A stretch of 64,000 nt of DNA. It comes from Octopus bimaculoides (taxonomy: Eukaryota). The stretch is from NCBI RefSeq assembly GCF_001194135.2, contig NC_068996.1:37815710-37879709 (forward strand). Reading direction: 5' to 3'. Below, in pieces: positions 27,010 through 39,019 of the stretch; the first letter of the stretch is position 1; the number at the start of each line of letters is the position of its first letter. The translations under genes were made by a program, and so were the position numbers. A model generated the notes under the pieces. The model did not search any database and was not told the DNA's origin. It was given only the letters and a program-made list of their open reading frames with translations.

Positions 27010-27240
27010 AGCCCCTCGTGGTTTCTATGGCTGGATGCTCTTCCTAATGCCAATTGCTTAACAGAGAGTGTCAGGTGCTTTTTACATGCCACCAGCACGG
27101 GTGCATTTACACAGCACCAGCACAAGTGTTTTTATGTGGTACCAGCACCTAAAAAGACAAGCCTGTATGTATGGAAGACAGTAGTTTTACTTAACTTGAC
27201 ATGTCTTTTCAAGTACAGCCAATACATCCCCCATAACGAT
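27010..27240 (-). mobile_element. Retroposon family D fragment
   Basis: ggctggatgctcttcctaatgc...tgcttttacatgccaccagcac. Confidence 0.6.
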
Positions 27241-27504
27241 ATTCTTTTTCTTCTTTCTTTCCTTTTCTTTCTCATTTTCTTCCTACTCTTTGGCTCTAAA
27301 CTTTTTGGTTGCTTTTTTGGGGGTTTTTTTTTCTTTTTTGCTATTGATTTTTCTGTTCAGTTGGACTCACCATTGTGTTATGGCTGACTTAGGAATTCTG
27401 TGCTGCATGTAAACTTCATTAAAGTAATTGCCACCTGATGATTAACTATGTTGAGAAGAGTTCATTGCCTAACACTTGTATATTGAGTGACAGCTGGTTA
27501 AGAA

Positions 27505-28007
27505 ACATATACTCTTTACTCTTTATTCTTTTAGTTGTTTCAGTCATTTGACTGCGGCCATGCTGGAGCACCGCCTTTAGTCGAGCAAATCGACCCCAGG
27601 ACTTATTCTTTGGAAGCCTAGTACTTATTCTATCGGTCTCTTTTGCCGAACCACTAAGTTACGGGGACCTAAACACACCACCATCAGTTATCAGGTGATA
27701 GAGAGGAGGGGCACAGACACAAACATATACACACACAAACATATACACACACATACATATATATATATACATATATATGACGGACTTCTTTCAGTTTCCG
27801 TCTACCAAATCCACTCACAAGGNNNNNNNNNNTATACATATATATGACGGACTTCTTTCAGTTTCCGTCTACCAAATCCACTCACAAGGCTTTGGTCAGC
27901 CCGAGACTATAGTAGAAGACATTTGCCCAAGGTGCCATGTTGTGGGAATGAACCCGGAACCATGTGGTTGGTAAGCAAGCTACTTACCACACAGCCACTC
28001 CTGCGCC
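27505..28007 (-). mobile_element. SINE family A, young full-length copy (with a 10-N gap)
   Basis: Near-consensus sequence; head ends acagccactcctgcgcc at 28007. Confidence 0.88.
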
Positions 28008-28633
28008 TATGTAGCTTCTCAATTTGGAACTTTATTTGCATTTTAAGCAACATTAGTTGCTAATAGTGAGCTGTATAAAAACTATCCGTTTCACAGATTT
28101 TTTTGCAATTTCAATTTGGGGGAAAATGTGTAACCCTCAATGTCAATAAATTGTTATTGTATCTTACTGTATACTGTCCACTTTTTGTTCTCTATATTGA
28201 CTGCCTACTGCTTGAAGCTTACAAACTTCCTACTTTTGGATCCCTGAACCATATTTATATATGGGATAGAACTTTCCTTAACCATCAACATAAACTTTCT
28301 CACTCACATCACCTGGATCTTCTGAAAATGTAACTTCCCAGATAAAGTGCACTTCATATTCAAGGTTCTGATGAAGCTATTGGATGTTATGCTGATACTC
28401 AACTAAGAGTTCACCACATCTTATAGCAGAAACAGCTGTAAGCTAATGAAGTTCAATACATAACATTTGGTTTTTCTGATGTTTTTATTACCACTCTATA
28501 TTCATATATTACTATGTTCTGGACCGTACATATATTGAGTTCTACACCAGATTATTAGTCTTGCTAAGTCTAAGCAAAATATCATATATATTAAGGCAAT
28601 TATTTCTAAATATTTTTTTTATATAAATTTCAG

Positions 28634-29169
28634 CAAAAACTGATGATTCCACTTCAACAACAACTACTACTACAACCACAACCACAGCTTCTACTGGAGA
28701 ACAAGTATCTGAACCAAAGGAATGTGAAAAACCACCAACTTCTGACATTGAAGATTCTTCTGATTCTGCTGCTGCATCTGAAGAAACCAAAGATGTAAAT
28801 GCAGTAGCAGAGACTGAAGTAGTTGATGCAGAACAAAGCAAAACAACTGATTCTAGTAAGCCTGAAGAATCTACAAAACAAACATCTGGTTCTTTGGATC
28901 AAGTAGAATCAGCTGTCGAGTCAGATTTATCTGACCAACAGCAGAATTTAGACTCTAAACCCGGCTCACTTGACCAGTCACAAGATAAGGCAGAATCCAT
29001 TGGAGACACTGAGTCTCTGGAGAAAACAGAATCATCATCTAAAACCAAATCTGCTAATGAATCAGAATCTTCTGAACAAGCAACTTCTCTGAAAGATTCA
29101 AGTTCACTGGATAAATCTAGTCTGTATGAGGAGACCAGTACAGACTCCAAAACACATGGGGAAGATTCT
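28634..29169 (+). CDS. FCHSD2: FCHSD2/Nwk-like exon: about 178-aa acidic Ser/Thr/Glu low-complexity tail
   Basis: aaatttcag|CAAAAACT...GATTCT|gtaagt; 536 nt open frame in an otherwise stop-rich AT background, phase 1-0. Includes ORF 28894-29205. No homology-based support. Confidence 0.7.
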
Positions 29170-29267
29170 GTAAGTTTAAAATATCATTTTTCAATATTTT
29201 CTTAATCATTTTCCATTGCAGGAAATCCTTAATTATGATTGTAGATTTATCTTTCTTTTTCTCTCAG

Positions 29268-29296
29268 AAAATGCTGGTGCAACTGAAGACTATTGA
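29268..29296 (+). CDS. FCHSD2: Putative terminal coding exon (phase-1 reading xNAGATEDY*; phase-0 reading stops at 29363)
   Basis: Strong acceptor ctttctttttctctcag at 29267. The frame depends on the donor used (see findings). Confidence 0.5.
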
Positions 29297-30574
29297 TCTT
29301 AGTCCTCTCTTATTAAAACTAATTTCCACTACTACTCATCAGATCCACATATGGAAATACTAAGATTTTCTTATTATTTCTGCTAATGTTGTTCTTGTGG
29401 ATGTTATTTTTGTTCTCAAATGTACTGTTGTATACAATGACGCAATGGTATTTCTCTTTTATTTCATGTATCTTGTTCCAGAAACAAAAAAGTTTATCCA
29501 GCTATCTCTATAGTTTAATTTCTTTTTGTGTTTCTTCAGTTTATTTTTGGTTTGTTTTTATTTGTAGATATACATTTTCCATTGATTAAAAATGATATAT
29601 TTTATAGGTTTTTTTTTATATAACTACACTGATAGTAGAAGACTTAAAGAACAAGAAAAATTGGTTTCCTAGTTTTAATCATAATAATTATTAAGGACAG
29701 CAAGAATACTGAAGTTGCCAGTAAAAGGAAGTGTTGATAAGTTATAAAGAAAGGCTTTGTGGAAAACAAGACAGATGAGTAGGTGTGTGTGTGTATTATA
29801 ATCTTATGTAGATCGGAAGAGCACACNNNNNNNNNNNNNNNNNNNNNNNNNNNNNNNNNNNNNNNNNNNNNNNNNNNNNNNNNNNNNNNNNNNNNNNNNN
29901 NNNNNNNNNNNNNNNNNNNNNNNNNNNNNNNNNNNNNNNNNNNNNNNNNNNNNNNNNNNNNNNNNNNNNNNNNNNNNNNNNNNNNNNNNNNNNNNNNNNN
30001 NNNNNNNNNNNNNNNNNNNNNNNNNNNNNNNNNNNNNNNNNNNNNNNNNNNNNNNNNNNNNNNNNNNNNNNNNNNNNNNNNNNNNNNNNNNNNNNNNNNN
30101 NNNNNNNNNNNNNNNNNNNNNNNNNNNNNNNNNNNNNNNNNNNNNNNNNNNNNNNNNNNNNNNNNNNNNNNNNNNNNNNNNNNNNNNNNNNNNNNNNNNN
30201 NNNNNNNNNNNNNNNNNNNNNNNNNNNNNNNNNNNNNNNNNNNNNNNNNNNNNNNNNNNNNNNNNNNNNNNNNNNNNNNNNNNNNNNNNNNNNNNNNNNN
30301 NNNNNNNNNNNNNNNNNNNNNNNNNNNNNNNNNNNNNNNNNNNNNNNNNNNNNNNNNNNNNNNNNNNNNNNNNNNNNNNNNNNNNNNNNNNNNNNNNNNN
30401 NNNNNNNNNNNNNNNNNNNNNNNNNNNNNNNNNNNNNNNNNNNNNNNNNNNNNNNNNNNNNNNNNNNNNNNNNNNNNNNNNNNNNNNNNNNNNNNNNNNN
30501 NNNNNNNNNNNNNNNNNNNNNNNNNNNNNNNNNNNNNNNNNNNNNNNNNNNNNNNNNNNNNNNNNNNNNNNNNN

Positions 30575-31485
30575 CTACACTGGCAGAGTCATCAAGTGCT
30601 TGTAAGACAAAAAAAAAAGTGAAAAGTTTTCTTGTAACGTGTAGGTGGAACACACAGGTTGGGGACTAGCAGATAGCAGTAATACAGTGAGACAGGGCGT
30701 GTGGATGGAACACACAGGTTAGGAACTAGTAGAGAGCAATGATAAAGTGGTACAGGGCCAAGAAGACAGGGTTGGGGAGTGGGAGGTAAGCATAGTGCAT
30801 GAAGCAGAAATATTGAGGGAAGAGAAGAGATGTAGAGACATGTTTGGGTTTGTTGTGGTAGGGTGTGTAAGAAGTTTTCTTGTTAAGTGTGGGTGGGACT
30901 CACAGCACTTCTAGAACTCAGTTTTGCTGATATGTGTGGGTCTTCACTAGAACTTCATATCGCCAGACGTCTCGGTCCATTATCATTTCTTCCGTTAGAC
31001 CCAACGTCCTGAGATCAGTCCTTACCACTTCATCCCATGTCTTCTTGGGTCTCCCTCTTCTACAGGCACCATCCACTTTCAGTGATTGGCACATCTTTAT
31101 ACAGCTGTCTTCATTCACACACATCACATGTCCAAACCAATGCAGTCTTCTCTCTTGCATGTTACATTTGATTCCTCTTATGCCCAACTTTTCTCTCAAT
31201 ATATTTGCACTTTGCCATACATGTGAACTGATGTTGCACATCCAATGGAGCATACAACCTTTGTTCCTCTCCAGTCTACACATGTCTTCTCCATTCAGAG
31301 CCCATGTCTCACTACCATGGAGTATAGCCGTTCGTACACAAACATCATATAGTCTACCTTTCACTCTGAGAGAGAATCCTTTTGTTACCAACAGAGGTAG
31401 TAGTTCTCTGAACTTCCTCCACCCAATTCTTATTCTAGAAACAATACTTTCAGAACATCCTCTACCATTGATAAATTAGTCACCT
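30575..31485 (-). mobile_element. RTE-clade LINE 3' fragment (ORF 30918-31391 plus 3' UTR)
   Basis: KGRLYDVCVRTAILHGSETW...RRLHWFGHV...RGRPKKTW is the RTE C-terminal signature. Confidence 0.9.
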
Positions 31486-31489
31486 TCAG

Positions 31490-31645
31490 GTGTGTTTATG
31501 TCCCCATAACTTAGCAGTTCAATAAAAGTGACTGATAGAATAAGTACTAGATTTACAAAGAATAAGTTCTGGGGTCGATTTGTTTGACTAGAGGCAGTAC
31601 TCCAGCATGGCTGCAGTCAAATGACTGAAACAAAAAAAAGAAAAA
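31490..31645 (+). mobile_element. SINE family A tail fragment
   Basis: ggtgtgtttatgtccccataacttagc...ccagcatggctgcagtcaaatgactgaaac. Confidence 0.7.
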
Positions 31646-32758
31646 AGAAATAGACAGAAAATTGACTTTTTAGAAGAATCTGTATGTTTTAAAGTTTTTT
31701 GTTTGTTTGTTTGTTTTTTAAATTTCCTAAAACCTTGGTGTAAAAATTGTTTACAAAGAACACTTTTAGTACTTTTTACTTATTATTTGTATTATGTTGT
31801 TGCTTATACTAAGTATTTAATAGAAATATTTCGTTCAATTAGTAAATTTTTCCTTGTCAAATATGTGTGTGTAGTAAATATTTGTTATTTGGGAACAGTT
31901 TTACTAATGTCTACTCTTCCTTCCAGACCCACTCAATGATATAGTAGGTGAGTAATTAAGGAGCTTGTCTATTGTATCATTCTTTTTTTTTTGTTGTTGT
32001 TTTGGCTCCTCACCAATTTTTTGTTTACTTTAATCATAATATGATATTGTAATAAATATTGTATGTATTGCTCTAAATATTTTTATATATGTATGTATAT
32101 GTATGAATGCGTGTATGTGTCTGTGTATGTGTGAGTGGATTTATCTCACATTGTATGTTTCAGTGGGTGTTTTTGTGGATCTATGCATTTATTTTCCTTC
32201 TTTCTATATGTTTCTTTTCAACATCTACTCTTTTCTGTAAATTTTGTCAAGATTTTAACATGGCCTTATTTCACAGAAAAATGTTCATTAATATATTGAA
32301 AAAAAAAATATCAATAAATGAAAAAATTATTAAAAGATATATTACAATTCATCATTACTGATACAATTGATTTTCTTTCTTTCTTTCTTTCTTTCTTTCC
32401 CTCTCTCTCTCTTTCTCTTTCTCCTCTTTCTCTCTCTGTCACACACACTTATACACCACATTCACCCTCTCAATCACACACAAACTAGTATCATCTTGAT
32501 CGCTATTTATCCATCACAGAAAAATATGTTAACCATAATAATATATTGTAAATTTTATAAGAATTAAATTTGTGCCATTTTTGTTCTACACTATTCTATT
32601 TTAACATCAACACAAAATTTATCTCAAATTCCTTCATCACAGTTTAAAACAGATTGTTGTACTGTATATTTGTGTGTATGTATGTGTATGTATTTATGTA
32701 TGTTCATGTGTATGCTTATGTGTATGTGTGTATGGATACAAAGAAATAGACAGACAGG

Positions 32759-32789
<31 letters not shown>

Positions 32790-34003
32790 TTAGATATTAC
32801 AGAATCACATATGGTTAACATACAGGTCATTGAAATCAACCAGAATTGTATCTTTAAGTTAGTTTCTAATCTTTACGATGGCATTAAGAAGCTTTCTCGC
32901 TACTAGACATATTGCATGACGAGAAAGAAGATAAACTTGACCAAAGATAGTGTACTGAGATTTTGTAGACCACAAGATGCCTGAATTTAATATGAACTAT
33001 GCTAGCAAGTCAAAAGAAATAATATATTTATGAGAAACCGTGGTGGAAAACAATGAGCTCCTTGTCTACTAGCATCTACTGGTGTATCAAATGTATTTAC
33101 ATTACACAAATTTCTTTGCAGCTTCCTGTTCCACACTTCACTATGCTATTTAGAATGNNNNNNNNNNNNNNNNNNNNNNNNNNNNNNNNNNNNNNNNNNN
33201 NNNNNNNNNNNNNNNNNNNNNNNNNNNNNNNNNNNNNNNNNNNNNNNNNNNNNNNNNGAGAGAGAAAGAGAGAGAGAGAAAGAGAGAGAAAGAAAAAGAG
33301 AGAGAAAAAGAAAAAGAGAGACAAAGAAAAAGAGAGACAAAGAGAGACAAAGAAATTTAGGGAGAGTTGATGTTTTATTAAAAGTAATAGTGTTGATGGT
33401 AGCAGTGGGAGTAATAATAAGAGAGAGTGGGTATGTGAGAGAAAAAGGGATATGATGTACAACTTTGTTTTATCATGTCTCTTTAACAGAAATTCCTGCA
33501 GCCAACATACGGAACCAACTACTGAAGGCTATCATTTTTGTTTCATTGTTTGCTTTCTTTAATACATACATACACACATACATACATACATAAATATATA
33601 TACATATATATATATACATATCATTGGGATATTCTAACTTTACATATTTTTCTAATCTATAAGTATAGTTTATTCATACAAAACATGAAATTGAAAGAAA
33701 CCTGGCTTTTATTATTTTTTAATACAAAACATTCTGACACCCTAAGGAAAGAGAAAAAAATACTGTCACTGTTGTGTCTGCCCCAATATTTATAACATGA
33801 TACTCATCTCTATAATAGTGGGTTTTATTTTTCTAATTTGTAAATATTGTACTAATGTTTGTTCATGCAGAAACATGAAATTAAAAGATATCTGACTATA
33901 TTTTTCAATGAGAAACATCGAAATTGCACAGTGTAGACATAGACATATTTCCAAACACATTAACTTACAAGCACACATACACGCACACGCGCGCAGCCCG
34001 CGC

Positions 34004-34173
34004 GCGTAGCTGTGTGGTAAGTAGCTTGCTTACCAACCACATGGTTCTGGGTTCAGTCCCACTGCGTGGCACCTTGGGCAAATGTTTTCTACTATAGCCT
34101 CGAGCCGACCAAAGCCTTGTGAGTGGATTTGGTAGACGGAAACTAAAAGAAGCACGCCGTACATATATATATG

Positions 34174-34206
<33 letters not shown>

Positions 34207-34420
34207 ATGTTTGTGTGTCTGTGTTTATCCCCCCAACATCGCTTGACAACCGATACTGGTGTGTTTACGTCCCCGTAACTTAGCGGTTCAGGAAAAGAGA
34301 CCGATAGAATAAGTACAAGGCTTACGAAGAGTAAGTCCTGGGTTGATTTGCTCGACTAAAGGCGGTGCTCCAGCATGGCCGCAGTCAAATGACTGAAACA
34401 AGTTTAAAAGAGTAAAAGAG
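34004..34420 (+). mobile_element. SINE family A, young, near full length
   Basis: Near-consensus with CpGs intact (gcgtggc, ggcggtgctcc, ggccgcag). Confidence 0.88.
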
Positions 34421-35599
34421 TATATATATATATATATATATNNNNNNNNNNNNNNNNNNNNNNNNNNNNNNNNNNNNNNNNNNNNNNNNNNNNNNNNNNN
34501 NNNNNNNNNNNNNNNNNNNNNNNNNNNNNNNNNNNNNNNNNNNNNNNNNNNNNNNNNNNNNNNNNNNNNNNNNNNNNNNNNNNNNNNNNNNNNNNNNNNN
34601 NNNNNNNNNNNNNNNNNNNNNNNNNNNNNNNNNNNNNNNTATACTTAATTTTTCACAGAACTTTTCTTCCTTCTTGGCACCTTAAGGACAAAAAAAATTG
34701 CTTTTAGTGATGAGCGCACCCCATCCTTTTTTCATTATTTTTCCCATCCTAAAAGAGGTCACCATCCTTGTACTCATGTCTCATGCCAGTAGCTATACAA
34801 TGGTAAAAAAAAACTAAATAAATAAATAAATGGTAAATTGAAAAGAAATCCTTTCCCCTCCCTCCCCTCTTTACCTGTCTGTGTATCTATCTCTGTCTAT
34901 CCATCTATCTACCTACCTACCTACCTACCTACCTACCTACCTACCTACCTACCTATCCATCTACCTACCTATCTATCCTATCAACCTATCCATTTACCTA
35001 TCTACCTTGTACTAGAACCTCACCTCCAAAAACAAAAACAATGTTCTTCTCTTCTAAACAAAACAAAAAAACACCTGATTTATATAAATGAGTAAACTGC
35101 ATATTCACAATTTTATTTGACAAGTTCAAAGACGAACGAAAGCGTTAACAATAATGACTAAATAAAAAAAAAACTTTCCAAAATTCTGGCGACCTCCACT
35201 TTTCTCAATATTCAATATCTGCACACCACTTCTAACACTCAAAACATACATCTATATAATAATGTCAAAACGAACTTCTGTGTGTCACTGGATCTCACTT
35301 TGATCTCCACCCTCTCACTATTCAATGACACTTCTACTATTCCACCTGCTGGGGTGAGAGTAATAGTAGGCATAGAGACAGTGAGGGCGGTAGTAGATTG
35401 ACGGTTGTGATAGTAATGGGGTGATAGTAATATTGTGAACTGTAGTTGTGGAAGAGACAGAGGCGACAGTGATGATGGTGCTGATGGTAACCGAAGCGGT
35501 CAGGTATGACGGTAATACTTCGATGCGCATATATATATATATATATATATATACGCACACACAGTAATCCCTTGCCGTATCGCGGCAGTAGTTAATATT

Positions 35600-35990
35600 A
35601 ATGGCTATAGATGTTGTCTAGTCACAAGTCAGTTCTGATTGAGTAGATTTATGATCAAAGATGTTCCAGCAGTGACCCTCCCATCTTTTATTCAGACCAA
35701 GTGTATCTGGGACTAAATGATATAATATACAATATAGTAGTTAGTACTAGTGGCTGTAGTTGATGTTGTTTAGCCCTAGGTCAGTCTTGATCCTGGTAGA
35801 TTTATGATCAAAGCGGTTCCAGCTGTGACCATTCCATCTTTTATTCAGACATAGTGTATCTAGGACCACTTTAATGTATTTTAATTACGGTAATTAGCAT
35901 TAGCAGCTATAGGTGTTGTTTTATCCCAACTCAGTCGTAATCAATCAGACTAATGATCAACGACGTTCCAACTGACCATTCTTTCTTTTC
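35600..35990. repeat. Three tandem copies (about 150 bp period) of a dispersed repeat module
   Basis: gttgtYtag...gtcag...atgatcaa...ttcca..gtgacc.tYcc.tctttt occurs three times; related single copies at about 3320, 22990, 49170 and 50880. Confidence 0.65.
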
Positions 35991-36304
35991 TTTTTGTATT
36001 TTAAGCACTACTATATCGCTTGCTCTGTCCTGTTGTCTTCTTAAGGAACTAGGATACAATCTTTCGAAGACTTGGCTGTTGTTTCTTGCAGATCAAACAG
36101 TCACATAGAGGAAGATTCTCTCATTGACTCAATGTATGTTGAAGCCAGCACTGGTATGATTTGAACTTGGAACTCAGAGAATTGAAGCAGAATATTTTAG
36201 TGAGACATATTGTCCATAACTTCTAAAGCATCACAAAATTCTACTTTTCCTTTTCTTGCATATTGATCTTTATATTGATCATGTATATTGATCTTTATAA
36301 ATGC

Positions 36305-36625
36305 ACATGATTTAATGGTTGTGGTAATTAGCTCCCGATCGTAAGGCCATGAGTTCGAAACCTATAGTGCATTGTGTTCTTGAGCAAGATACTTTATTTT
36401 ACATTGCTCCAATCCACCCAGCTAGCAAAAATGGATAGTACCTATAATTCAAAGGGGGCAAACCTTGTCACATTTGGTATGTCAAACTGAATCCCTCTGA
36501 GAAATACATTAGGGGTATGCATGTCTGTGGAGTGCTCAGCCACTAGCATGTTAATTTCACGAGCAGGCTGTTCCGTTGATCAGATCAACTTGGAACCCTT
36601 GTTGCTGTGAGCAACAAAGTGCCAG
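36305..36625 (+). mobile_element. SINE family E (CORE-like)
   Basis: Box B gagttcgaaacc, gtgttcttgagcaagatacttt, tail gctgttccgttgatcagatcaact. Confidence 0.75.
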
Positions 36626-36662
36626 TTACGATGACAGTGATGATGACAGTTTTCATTGTGAC

Positions 36663-36713
36663 AAAGCTTTTGCTGGGACCACCTCTTTATTTAATGAAAT
36701 GTTTAGTTAGCCA

Positions 36714-36765
<52 letters not shown>

Positions 36766-36857
36766 CGCTTGAATATGTGGCAGGGTTAGAATGCCATGGA
36801 TACAATTTTCAGGCTAAATATTTCATCTGATAAAGAGGTGGTCCCGGCAAAAGTTTT
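36663..36857. mobile_element. MITE-like inverted repeat enclosing (GT)n
   Basis: cttttgctgggaccacctctttat vs the reverse complement of ataaagaggtggtcccggcaaaag (23/24); arms extend to about 45 bp. Confidence 0.6.
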
Positions 36858-36954
36858 ATTTTCTTGTAACCTCATACCTTCTTAAACAATACTGTTCCAT
36901 TTCATTATCATTGTGATGGTATATCACCATAACATTAAAAAAAAAAAAACTATC

Positions 36955-37270
36955 AGGCATGACTGTGCAGTAAGAAGTTTGTTTCTCAACCACATGGTTC
37001 TAGGTTCAGTCCCCTGTGTGGCAACTTGGGCAAGTGTTTTCTACTATAACCTTGGGTTGTCCAAAACCTTGTGAGTGGATTTGGTAGATGGAAATTTGAA
37101 AGAAGCCTTGGTGTGTTAGCAGTTCAGCAAAACAGACTGATAGAATAAGTTCTAGGCTTACAAAGTATGTCCTGGTGTCAATTTGTTCGACTAAAACCTA
37201 TTAAGGTGGTGCTCCAGCATGGTTGCAGTCAAATGACTGAAACAAATAAACGAACAAAAGAATAAAAGAA
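36955..37270 (+). mobile_element. SINE family A lacking the internal microsatellite segment
   Basis: Head and tail of family A joined directly at about 37110. Confidence 0.75.
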
Positions 37271-37835
37271 AAATTCTAGCTAATAAACAGTATTTTCATT
37301 GATAATAAACAGTACTGGCATAAGTACTAAACAGTATCACTATAGCTAATAAATTGTATTTTCATAGTTAATAAACATTATTATCATAGTTAGTAAGTAA
37401 TATTATCAAAGTTAATAAACTGTATTCTCATAGCTTACAGACAGCATCATCGTTGCTAAGAATCACTTTCATCATAGTTTTCAAAGTCAAGTTTCTTATT
37501 GCTTGGGAAAGGGCCAATTTTTATCCAGCCTTCTGTTACAACAGAATGTCTTTTATTTTTTCTTTCTTTTTTTTTTATTTTTGTTCTTTCCATGAATGTA
37601 ACTAGTATTTAAATCATAGATAGAGAGAGGAAAGATGAAAAATAAATAAAAAAAATTTCACACAATAGTATGTTTTGAATACAGAATTAATGTACCCCAA
37701 AATTCATAAAACATGATTCAGTCCTGAGTTGTCCAGTGACTTTTTCAAACTATCCTACAGATGTCCTCCACCAATAATTAGTGGTTTCAATTCAGATCAT
37801 GTGAAATTTTGAAAATCAAACACTATTATCCAATA

Positions 37836-38399
37836 AAGTCATTCTCAACCACTTTTTTTTTTTTTGCTTATAGCCCCCCCCATTTTACTCAACTGGGCCC
37901 TTTTTGTCATTTGAAGTTTTGAAAATTACTATTATATAATTAAATATTTTTAGGAATTTCTTAAATTATTTAATTCTTTAAATTGGTTCAGCTTTAAAGC
38001 TGCAATCAAGCTGGGGCACCACCGTTGTATAAAAAATTGTTAAAATGTTTTGTGTATTGTAAAAGTATAACTGATTTATTTTAACACGTAAATCTTATGT
38101 GGACCCCATGTTGAGAATCACTGATCTAGACCGACAGATTAAATAAAGCACAAAATCTTTAAACCATCATCAACCATTTTTTGCCTGTGGACCCCTTTTG
38201 TTTCTGTTTTACTCAACTGGACCCTCATAGCCATATGAGCTTTTAAAAAATCCCATTATATTTTTATGACTAAATATTATTAAGAAATATATTTTAAAAA
38301 TTGTTGAAATATTTTGTGTTGTAAAGGTATAACTGATTGGTGAGCATGAGTTTTAACAACAAAATTTTTAATGACCACCCCCCTAGTTGAAAACCACTG
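37836..38399. mobile_element. Two adjacent decayed hAT-type MITEs (same family as 1667-2239)
   Basis: Right TIRs gttgagaatcactg (ends 38123) and gttgaaaaccactg (ends 38399); degenerate left TIR at 37836; shared ggacccc internal motifs. TSDs are not clear. Confidence 0.6.
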
Positions 38400-39019
38400 C
38401 TCTATGCTATAAGTCTTTAAATCCAATATCGAGGTTGAAATCTCTTTTTTGAATATGACCTCTCAAAATAAAAATTTTAAAAAAATTACAGTTATCCCAG
38501 TGCTAACATACCTTCTAAGCAAAAAAATTGGCTTATTATTATTCAATAAAATCTCCAATGTTAAGGAAGTTATGACATTTTAATATTTATTCTTTGACTG
38601 TCCGAAACCAAAATAAAATTCATTAAATATTTATTCATCCATTATTAACCACTAATAAAACATGCTATCAGTTTCCACCATCCCTTCAATTCTCCTTAAG
38701 CAAATTATGCTGTAGCAGAAGCTTGGAGTGACTTTAGTATTGTATATGTAATTTTGTAAACATTAATTTCATGGATCCTCATCAGAAATATCAGGCATTA
38801 AATCAGGTGACTGATTATATTCATTGCAAGGCTCAACACCAGCAGTTGAGTACTTTAGTGCATTTAGCACTAAAGTTTGGTTCTTCACTACATGTTTTCC
38901 CAATTAGTCTTGGAGATAGTGAAAATACTAATTGGTATTGTCTCACTTCTTTTTAACAAGTCATGAAAAAACTAAATTGCCAGGCCTTGACAGAGGCCAC
39001 AATGTTCACCTTCACTTTC

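Noticed and set aside
27777-27900. Apparent tandem duplication within a SINE
   Set aside because: The identical 49 nt on both sides of a 10-N gap is a typical contig-overlap artefact.
29297-32600. Extent of the FCHSD2 3' UTR and poly(A) site
   Set aside because: Several AATAAA/ATTAAA hexamers occur in AT-rich DNA with a 750-N gap; I cannot choose one without transcript data.
38765-38800. Minus-strand CTGATGAGGATCCATGAAA hammerhead-like core
   Set aside because: Stem II is out of register and there is no valid stem III or cleavage triplet.
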